Of a stretch of DNA of 64,000 bases, positions 57,200 to 64,000 are shown in pieces; position 1 is the first letter of the stretch; every line of letters starts with the position of its first letter. The stretch comes from an uncultured SAR86 cluster bacterium (GTDB lineage: Bacteria > Pseudomonadota > Gammaproteobacteria > Magnimaribacterales > AG-339-G14): NCBI GenBank assembly GCA_902566305.1, contig CACFIK010000001.1, forward strand, positions 29,205 to 93,204, in the 5' to 3' direction. The notes beneath the pieces were generated by a model. That model had not been told where the DNA came from, did no database searches, and was given only the letters and a program-made list of their open reading frames with translations. Made by a program: the position numbers and the translations under genes.

Positions 57200-58042
57200 A
57201 TGAATGACAATATTGATTCAAATGAAACTATCATAAACTTGATAGATGAGATTAAGTTTCTGAACGAGTTTAGAAAACTTCTTATTATCTCTTCAATTTT
57301 TTTTGGGGTAATTTCTTTTATTTATGGCTTAACTTTGCCTAAAGAGTATGTTTCTAAAGTTACTTTCATTCCAACTGATACCAATTCCACAAGCGGCTCA
57401 TCAAGCGCACTATCTGGAATCGCAGGTTTGGTTGGGGTTACTGTAAGTGAAGGACCAACGAAAAAGGCGATAGCCTTAGCAGTATTGAAATCTAATATTT
57501 TTCTTGAAGAATTTGCAGATAAAAACGATATCACTAGGTATCTTTTTCCGGAAGCTTGGGATAAAAAAAATAGAAAATGGAAAACTGAAAAACCTTCTGG
57601 AGATTCAATTGGCTCTAAATTGAGAGATTTATTTAGTGTTTCTGGGTCCCAGTATGATATTTATGAATTGAATTTTGAGTGGACGGATTCTTCACAAGCC
57701 TCAAGTTGGTCAAACCTAATAATTTCAGAATTAAATAATCATCTAAGGACTCAAGATATAGAAGAAGGTCAAAAAACAATTTCTTATTTAAAAAATCAAC
57801 TTAAGATTAACGATGTCAAAACAATAGATAATGTTTTCTTTCAAGTCATGGAAGAACAAATAAAAAGTAATATGCTTTCAAATGTGAAGGACGACTATAT
57901 CTTTAAAGTACTTGATAAAGCCATCCCCGCACAGAATCCGTCTAAGCCAAAACTTCTTCAGATGTTTTTTGTTGGAAGTATAATTGGATTATTCCTAACA
58001 ATTATTTTTATTTACACAAGGCGTAGACTTTTTAAAAGTTAG
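57200..58042 (+). CDS. Wzz-like polysaccharide chain-length determinant (polysaccharide co-polymerase)
   Basis: 280 aa. N-terminal Wzz motif region (ETIINLIDEIKFLNEFRKLLII plus a TM segment), a periplasmic helical middle, and a C-terminal TM segment (LLQMFFVGSIIGLFLTIIFIY) followed by basic residues. Confidence 0.7.
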   Translation: MNDNIDSNETIINLIDEIKFLNEFRKLLIISSIFFGVISFIYGLTLPKEYVSKVTFIPTDTNSTSGSSSALSGIAGLVGVTVSEGPTKKAIALAVLKSNIFLEEFADKNDITRYLFPEAWDKKNRKWKTEKPSGDSIGSKLRDLFSVSGSQYDIYELNFEWTDSSQASSWSNLIISELNNHLRTQDIEEGQKTISYLKNQLKINDVKTIDNVFFQVMEEQIKSNMLSNVKDDYIFKVLDKAIPAQNPSKPKLLQMFFVGSIIGLFLTIIFIYTRRRLFKS

Positions 58043-58057
58043 GAACTTAATTTTCTA

Positions 58058-59839
58058 ATGTATTCTGATCTAAAGTATCTTTTTAAAAAGAAAGAAAATT
58101 TTCAAATTTCACTGTTATTGGTTGGTTCAATAATCATGGCCTTTTTTGAGGTAGTGGGGGTTGCATCTATTCTGCCATTTATGAGTATGGTTCTTGATCC
58201 AGATCAAATTTCATCTAACCAAGTCTTGAGCTTTCTTTTTAATTTTTTTAATTTTAATGATGTCGAAACTTTTCTATTTTATTCAGGTGTAGCTGTATTA
58301 GTCCTTCTGGCTTTTTCAAACTTCTTTAGTGCTTTCATGTATTGGGCAATTACTTATTTTTCTAAGATGCAAGGACACATTATCTCTATGAGATTGCTAA
58401 AACACTATCTCTCAAATAATTATTTATTTTTTTTGGAGAGAAATTCATCTGATTTAGGAAAGAATATTCTTTCTGAAATTGATAGGGTAGTTAAAGGCGT
58501 CGTTTTACAGGCATTACAAGCCATCTCTAAGGCTATTTTAACCATAGTAGTTTTAGCTTTTCTGATATACATAAATCCCGTTATTGCCATCATGACCATT
58601 TTGAGCATAGGAGGAGCTTATTTATTTTTTTACATCATTACTAGATCCTACTTATCAAGAATTGGAGAAAAACAATCCATAGCTCTTTTCAATAGATTCA
58701 GGACTGTCGATGAAGCAATGATGGGAATAAAAGATATAAAGCTTAAATCTTTAGAAAGAAATTTTATTGGCAGATTTAGACAACCTTCAATAGATAATGC
58801 AAGATTTTCTGCACAAAGCCTTGTAATAGCAATTTTGCCTAGGTATCTCCTAGAGACAGTTGCTTTTGGAGGAATTATATCTATTATTTTGATCTTGCTT
58901 TCCAATGATGTCCTGATTTCAGAAATAATTCCTGTCTTATCGCTCTATGCAGTGGCTGGATATAGGTTACTGCCCGCTGTGCAAAATATTTACTCTGCTC
59001 AATCAATGATCAAATACAATCATCCAGCTTTGATGATAATCATCAATGATTTAAAAGAAATTGAAGACGCAGGAAAGAATAAGCAATCAAATAAAGAAGA
59101 TCAAAAGATCATATTTGATAAAAAAATTACTTTAGATAATATCCTTTTCAAATATCCTAAATCTAAAAAAAATGTCATTGATGGCGTTTCATTATCAATA
59201 AAGAAAAATACATCCGTTGGGTTTGCAGGATCCACAGGCTCAGGAAAAACAACTTTGATTGATATCATCTTAGGTTTGCTAAATCCTATAGATGGCAAAT
59301 TTATGATCGATGATATTGTCATTAACAATAATAATCTATTGTCTTGGCAAAATAAGATTTCTTTCGTGCCTCAAATGATTTTTTTGATAGATGAATCTAT
59401 AAGATCAAACATAGCTTTTGGAATTGAACCCAACGACATTGATCAGGATAAAGTGGTAAAAGCAGCTAAACTAGCCAATTTGGATAGTTTTGTGAGTGAC
59501 TTACCTGAAAAATATAATACTTTGGTCGGAGAGAATGGTGTGAAACTTAGTGGAGGTCAGAGACAAAGAATTGGAATTGCTAGGGCTTTATATAATGAAC
59601 CAGAAGTATTGGTTTTAGATGAGGCTACAAGCGCTCTTGATGGAATTACTGAAAACTACGTAATGGAAGCCATAGAATCCCTGTCAAATAAATTAACTTT
59701 AATTACAGTGGCGCATAGAATATCAACTATCGAAAATTGTGACATGATCTATTTTTTGGAAGATGGAAAAATAAAGGATTATGGAAATTTTAGTCAATTG
59801 ATCAGCAAAAATGCTCAATTTAAAGAGATGGCTTCATGA
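58058..59839 (+). CDS. fused permease/ATPase ABC exporter (type I exporter; candidate lipid-linked glycan flippase, PglK/MsbA-like)
   Basis: 593 aa. Six-TM N-terminal half, Walker A GSTGSGKTT, signature LSGGQRQR, Walker B LVLDEATSALD. Confidence 0.85.
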   Translation: MYSDLKYLFKKKENFQISLLLVGSIIMAFFEVVGVASILPFMSMVLDPDQISSNQVLSFLFNFFNFNDVETFLFYSGVAVLVLLAFSNFFSAFMYWAITYFSKMQGHIISMRLLKHYLSNNYLFFLERNSSDLGKNILSEIDRVVKGVVLQALQAISKAILTIVVLAFLIYINPVIAIMTILSIGGAYLFFYIITRSYLSRIGEKQSIALFNRFRTVDEAMMGIKDIKLKSLERNFIGRFRQPSIDNARFSAQSLVIAILPRYLLETVAFGGIISIILILLSNDVLISEIIPVLSLYAVAGYRLLPAVQNIYSAQSMIKYNHPALMIIINDLKEIEDAGKNKQSNKEDQKIIFDKKITLDNILFKYPKSKKNVIDGVSLSIKKNTSVGFAGSTGSGKTTLIDIILGLLNPIDGKFMIDDIVINNNNLLSWQNKISFVPQMIFLIDESIRSNIAFGIEPNDIDQDKVVKAAKLANLDSFVSDLPEKYNTLVGENGVKLSGGQRQRIGIARALYNEPEVLVLDEATSALDGITENYVMEAIESLSNKLTLITVAHRISTIENCDMIYFLEDGKIKDYGNFSQLISKNAQFKEMAS

Positions 59840-61563
59840 AGATAAGTATTTTGGCAGTAATTCAAGCACGAGGTGGTTCGAAAGGAATTCCGAAGAAAAA
59901 TATTTATCCTATAGGAGGATATCCGCTGATTTCTTACACTATTGCAGCCGCAAAAAAATCAAAATTTATCACAGATCTTGTAGTCTCAACTGATTCAGAA
60001 GAAATAGCAGAAGTAAGTAGATCTTATGGAGCAGATGTACCTTTTAAAAGACCAAAGAAATTGGCTGGAGATAAAGTTTTTTCTGTTGACTCCCTTCATC
60101 ATGCGGTTCTTGAAACTGAAAAAATTTATAAAAAAAAATATGATTTTATTATTGAGTTACCTTGTGTTGCTCCATTAAGAGATAGTCATGATATTGATGG
60201 TGCGTTGAGTATGCTAATCGAAAAAGGTTCTGATTCAGTAATTAGTGTTGTTGGAACGGGTGAAAAACATCCAGTTAGATTAAAAAAAATAATTAAAGGG
60301 AGAATTCGTGATATGACTGTAGAGTTTCCAGAGCCAGGTCAGAATTCAAGAAGGCAAGATCTTTTTCCGCCCTCATATATAAGAAATGGTGCAATTTATG
60401 CTATGAAAAGAGAAGTGCTTATTGAAGAATTCTCTAGACATGGGTCTGATAGCCTTGCCTTTGTAATGGATGAGAATAAGTCCGTGAATATAGATACTGT
60501 TGAAGATTTAACAATAGCAGATTTTAAAATTAACAATGGGGAGTGCAACAATAATCCTTGGGAAGTAAAGCAAAACAAAATTGAATTCTTTAGAAATAAA
60601 GATAAGAAAATTTTATTGGTAACAACTCCTTTACATTTTATTCCTAAAATTAAAGAAAAATTAAAAGAAAAATACTCATGCATTTTTGCAGCAGAAGCCA
60701 AAGAAAAAGATATTATTGACTTACTTAAATCTGAAAAAGTAGAAGCTTGGATATGCAGCCCAAGCCCAAAGTACAAAATTGATAAAAAAATTCTTAATAA
60801 TTCTAAAAATATAAAACTTATTATTACCCCATCAACAGGTTCCAATCATATAGATAAAGAATATTGCAAAAAAAGGAGGATTACTGTTTCTAGTTTGAAA
60901 GATACAAGCTTTGTAAAGGAAATCTATGCCTCATCTGAGTACGCTTTTTCTTTAATTTTATCTGTCGTAAGAAATCTACCTCAAGCATCAAGAAGTTCTT
61001 TAGCTTATAAATGGAGAGAAGTTGAAGATAACTTCAGAGGAGTTGAACTGAGAGGTAAAAACCTTGGAATAGTTGGGTTTGGAAGAATAGGATCTAATGT
61101 TGCAAAGTATGCTATCGCAATGGGCATGAATGTCGTTGCATATGACCCTCAAAAAGTTATCAAAGGTAAGGTAAAACAATACAAGTCAATAAAGCAACTT
61201 TTAAATCACTCAGATATTGTTCTTATCGCCGTTCATTTAGATAGTAAAACTAAAGATATGGTTGATAAAAAATGGTTTGATTCAATGAAAGACGGTGTTT
61301 ACTTTATCAACATCTCCAGAGGAGAAATTGTTGTAGAAAAAGATTTGATCAAGGCCCTTAGTTCTGGAAAAATCAAATCAGCAGGGCTTGATGTTATAAG
61401 AAATGAAATTTCAAATGATATAAAAAGAAGTAAAGTAATAGATTACGCTAGAAACAATGAAAATTTAATCATTACTCCTCATATTGCAGGTCTGACTATT
61501 GATTCAGAACTTAAGGCAGCAGAATTTGCTATCAAAATGTTATTTAGAAATTTAAGGCCCTAA
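59836..61563 (+). CDS. fusion protein: N-acylneuraminate (nonulosonate) cytidylyltransferase domain + D-isomer-specific 2-hydroxyacid dehydrogenase domain
   Basis: 575 aa. Residues 1 to about 230 carry [19 protein letters not shown] and the CMP-NeuAc-synthetase-like fold. Residues from about 255 to 575 form a complete 2-HADH domain with [13 protein letters not shown] (NAD binding) and the catalytic Arg/Asp/His contexts NISRGE, GLDV and TPHIAG. Confidence 0.8.
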   Translation: MKISILAVIQARGGSKGIPKKNIYPIGGYPLISYTIAAAKKSKFITDLVVSTDSEEIAEVSRSYGADVPFKRPKKLAGDKVFSVDSLHHAVLETEKIYKKKYDFIIELPCVAPLRDSHDIDGALSMLIEKGSDSVISVVGTGEKHPVRLKKIIKGRIRDMTVEFPEPGQNSRRQDLFPPSYIRNGAIYAMKREVLIEEFSRHGSDSLAFVMDENKSVNIDTVEDLTIADFKINNGECNNNPWEVKQNKIEFFRNKDKKILLVTTPLHFIPKIKEKLKEKYSCIFAAEAKEKDIIDLLKSEKVEAWICSPSPKYKIDKKILNNSKNIKLIITPSTGSNHIDKEYCKKRRITVSSLKDTSFVKEIYASSEYAFSLILSVVRNLPQASRSSLAYKWREVEDNFRGVELRGKNLGIVGFGRIGSNVAKYAIAMGMNVVAYDPQKVIKGKVKQYKSIKQLLNHSDIVLIAVHLDSKTKDMVDKKWFDSMKDGVYFINISRGEIVVEKDLIKALSSGKIKSAGLDVIRNEISNDIKRSKVIDYARNNENLIITPHIAGLTIDSELKAAEFAIKMLFRNLRP

Positions 61564-61565
61564 TT

Positions 61566-62228
61566 GTGAAAGCCAAATCTATCTCAGTAATTGTTTGTAC
61601 TTATAATCATGCTAAATGGATCGAGAGATGTTTAAGAAGTCTTTTGAATCAAGACTTTATAAACGAAAATGATTTTGAAGTGATATTAGTTGATGATTGC
61701 AGTGAAGATTCAACATCTTCAATTTTAGAAAAATTTTCAAATGAGAAAAATTTAAAAATTATCTTCAATGAACAGAATATGGGTTTGCCATCATCTATCA
61801 ATAAAGCAATGCAGGAGTCTGTTGGGAGATATATTGTTAGAGTTGATTCAGATGATTACGTTCAGAGAACATTTCTTTTTCACATGAAATTTTTTCTTGA
61901 TTTTAATAGATTCTATCAAGCAGTCTGTGTTGATTATTACAAAGTAGATGAAAATGAAGAGATAATATCCAGAAAAAATGGTTTAGAAGATGAGATAGCT
62001 TGCGGTGTTATGTTTAGAAGAGAATGTCTATTTGACATAGGTTTATATAATGAAAACTATTCTATGAGAGAAGGTCATGAATTACGAAAAAGATTTCTTA
62101 AAAAATTCTCTTTGGGCCACTTAGAACTTCCTCTTTATAAGTATAGAGATCATGCAAATAACAGAACGAAACAGTCGAAATTATTGAAGAAATTCGACCA
62201 TAAATTATCAGAGGATTTTAAAGAATAA
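61566..62228 (+). CDS. family 2 glycosyltransferase
   Basis: 220 aa with a GTG start. Motifs [27 protein letters not shown] and the DxD-like RVDSDD. Confidence 0.85.
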   Translation: MKAKSISVIVCTYNHAKWIERCLRSLLNQDFINENDFEVILVDDCSEDSTSSILEKFSNEKNLKIIFNEQNMGLPSSINKAMQESVGRYIVRVDSDDYVQRTFLFHMKFFLDFNRFYQAVCVDYYKVDENEEIISRKNGLEDEIACGVMFRRECLFDIGLYNENYSMREGHELRKRFLKKFSLGHLELPLYKYRDHANNRTKQSKLLKKFDHKLSEDFKE

Positions 62229-62272
62229 CCTCTCCATTAAATTGTTATAATTTGAAATCTAAAAATTAAAAA

Positions 62273-62968
62273 ATGATATTCGTAGCTGAAATAGGATTGA
62301 ATCATGAAGGAAATTTTGATCTAGCCCTTGAGATTATTCGGCAAGCTAAAAAATCTGGTGCCGATATAGCAAAATTTCAATTAGGCTGGCGAGATGGAAA
62401 AAATGAAATTAATCATATTGATCTTGACACTGCTCTGAAGTTAAAAGAATTCTGCGATTTCGTTGATATTGAGTTCATGGCATCCATTATCACACCAAGC
62501 GCATTTGAGCTTGCTCAAAAACTAAACTTTAATAGATACAAAATTGCATCAAGAACAGTAGTTGATCATCCTAAATTATGTGAAGAGATTATTTCTTCTG
62601 GTAAAGAGGTATTTTGTTCATTGGGGTTTTGGGAGGGAGTTGAATTCCCCTTTGGGGCTCCAAATTCAAAGCTGAGATATATTCATTGCGTGTCAAACTA
62701 TCCAAATACTCCTGAGGATTTAAGAAAAATGCCACCTAACTTTTCTGAAAAATCTTATTTTGGTTACAGCGATCATTTTTTAGGCAATTCTGCATCTTAT
62801 GTCGCAATATCAAGAGGAGCAAAATTTATTGAGAAACATCTGACTCTAAATAAGGCATCTCAATCTATAAGAGATCATACTTTAAGCATTACACCTGACG
62901 AATTTAGAGAGCTAGTTGATATTGGGAGAGAGATTTCAAAAACTCATCCATTTACAGAAAAAAATTAA
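62273..62968 (+). CDS. NeuB-family (N-acetylneuraminate/nonulosonate synthase-like) PEP-condensing enzyme without a SAF domain
   Basis: 231 aa. Motifs VAEIGLNHEGNFDLALEIIRQAKKSGADIAKFQ, YKIASR, HCVSNYP, GYSDH and IEKHLTL match the NeuB TIM-barrel domain. The canonical C-terminal SAF (antifreeze-like) domain of roughly 80-100 aa is absent. Confidence 0.75.
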   Translation: MIFVAEIGLNHEGNFDLALEIIRQAKKSGADIAKFQLGWRDGKNEINHIDLDTALKLKEFCDFVDIEFMASIITPSAFELAQKLNFNRYKIASRTVVDHPKLCEEIISSGKEVFCSLGFWEGVEFPFGAPNSKLRYIHCVSNYPNTPEDLRKMPPNFSEKSYFGYSDHFLGNSASYVAISRGAKFIEKHLTLNKASQSIRDHTLSITPDEFRELVDIGREISKTHPFTEKN

Positions 62969-63028
62969 CTGTTTATGCAATTAGTAATCATTGCGTTGGA
63001 TTAGGCTGTATTATTTATCTTCAAGAAA

Positions 63029-64000
63029 ATGAAGGATTCAGAGATAAAAAACTTTAGTTTATTGCCAGTTACCATCTTGAGTAGTTTTGGACATAATGGC
63101 CTAGACTGGATTCATAGTCTGCTTGATGGGCATGATGAAATAGTTTTGATGCCAGCATATAGTTTTTTTAGAACTCTAGATTTTTATGAAAAAGAAAAAG
63201 GTAAAAATTTAATTGAGAATCAAAAAAGAAGATCTATTTCAAAAGAATTTACAGAATATGTATTCAATAATCCCTCTTATCAGGTCGTAAGAAGAAAGTT
63301 TTTATTTAGCGAGAAAAATGCTAAAAGATTTGAATTTTATCTAAATGAATACCTTCAAAGAACAGAAGAAAAGAGTAATTTAAAGGCTCTTTTTTTTGGC
63401 ATTAATTTCTCTTACTGTAAAGTTTTCAATATAAATATTTCAAATATAAAGACAATAATTTCACAAGAACATGTTTCTTGGCACACTGAAAAGTATAAAA
63501 ATATATTTAATGCAAATTTTATCTTTATGATGAGAGACCCAAGAGCAGGTTTGGCTGGGGGCTGGAAAAGACAAGTTGAAAATGCAGGCTATCCTTCAAT
63601 AAATCCTTACGATTTTGATAAAGGTATTTTAGCTGGAACTTATTTAGAGCATTTTTGTAAAAAGCATAAGAAATATATTGATGAAAAAGCTCGCATAATG
63701 GTAAATGAAAAAATGCATCAAAACCTAAAAAAAGAAATGCAAGACTTATGTTCTTGGCTGAAATTAGATTTCTTAGATTCTTGTCTAGAAGAAACTTTTT
63801 TAGGCAAAGAATGGTTAGGTGAAAGCTCTTATCTAGGAATAGATGAACTCTCCGAAAGGCCTCCCATAGATTTTTATACGGAAGAAAATGTAGAGAAACG
63901 ATGGAGAAAAAGATTAAATGAAAATGAAATAATAATGATTGAATATCTATTTAAGTATTCTTTTCACGTCTTTGGTTATTCTAGAGATACGCAGAATGAT
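63029..64000 (+). CDS. sulfotransferase-like protein (5' part; runs off the right window edge)
   Basis: Open frame from the ATG at 63029 to the window end (324 codons, no stop; not in the supplied track). It begins MKDSEIKNFSLLPVTILSSFGHNGLDWIHSLLDGHDEIVLMP, a P-loop-like 5'-PSB region, and has MMRDPRAGLAGGW, a 3'-PB-like RDPR motif. Confidence 0.5.
   Translation, partial: MKDSEIKNFSLLPVTILSSFGHNGLDWIHSLLDGHDEIVLMPAYSFFRTLDFYEKEKGKNLIENQKRRSISKEFTEYVFNNPSYQVVRRKFLFSEKNAKRFEFYLNEYLQRTEEKSNLKALFFGINFSYCKVFNINISNIKTIISQEHVSWHTEKYKNIFNANFIFMMRDPRAGLAGGWKRQVENAGYPSINPYDFDKGILAGTYLEHFCKKHKKYIDEKARIMVNEKMHQNLKKEMQDLCSWLKLDFLDSCLEETFLGKEWLGESSYLGIDELSERPPIDFYTEENVEKRWRKRLNENEIIMIEYLFKYSFHVFGYSRDTQND

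Noticed and set aside
60396-60845. 149-aa ORF antisense to the cytidylyltransferase::dehydrogenase fusion gene. Similar antisense ORFs occur at 45606-45998, 33899-34210, 21325-21648 and 20660-20980, among others.
   Set aside because: All are embedded opposite genes with clear family motifs. They lack motifs of their own and have Ser/Phe/Ile-biased composition, so I treat them as shadow ORFs.

Overview
The window is a visibly AT-rich, very compact stretch of a gammaproteobacterial chromosome, probably from a streamlined marine lineage (inference from composition and synteny only). I call about 62 protein genes and 2 tRNAs. I see no rRNA, CRISPR array, IS element or prophage structural genes. 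Intergenic gaps are mostly under 100 nt, and many neighbouring genes overlap by 4-30 nt. Most of the content is housekeeping, in Pseudomonas/E. coli-like blocks: hldE / lpxL / waaA; miaA-hflK-hflC-hisZ-purA; nth-glyA-nrdR-ribD-ribBX-ribH-nusB; thiL-pgpA; xseB-ispA-dxs; scpA-scpB-rluB; ubiG; pntAA-pntAB-pntB; gyrA-serC-pheA-hisC-tyrA-aroA-cmk-rpsA-ihfB-pyrF-ggt-uvrC. Two regions stand out. (1) At 28.5-30.0 kb, two overlapping genes sit between aroG and an RND efflux operon. One encodes a protein with three tandem DnaT-type ssDNA-binding modules. The other encodes a phage-lambda-P-like protein (DnaB loader family). There is no other phage content nearby, so this looks like a domesticated dnaT-dnaC-like helicase-loading or restart module built on a P-type loader. 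(2) From about 54 kb to the right edge, the conserved uvrC-pgsA-tRNA(Cys)-tRNA(Leu) anchor is interleaved with, and followed by, a surface-glycan locus. That locus holds gmhA, a DegT aminotransferase, a C-terminally short UDP-sugar dehydrogenase-like gene wedged between the two tRNAs, a Wzz-like gene, a fused ABC exporter, an unusual CMP-nonulosonate-synthetase::D-2-hydroxyacid-dehydrogenase fusion, a GT2, a NeuB-like synthase lacking the SAF domain, and a sulfotransferase-like gene. Smaller observations: a perfect 15-bp terminator hairpin carries the thiL start codon in its loop; the GTP-cyclohydrolase-II-like domain of RibB has no cysteines (RibBX type); GyrA carries Ala/His at the two quinolone-bridge positions; hfq-hflX are absent from the miaA-hflK junction; and three convergent gene pairs have overlapping 3' ends. 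All family assignments come from reading motifs by eye and need profile-search confirmation.
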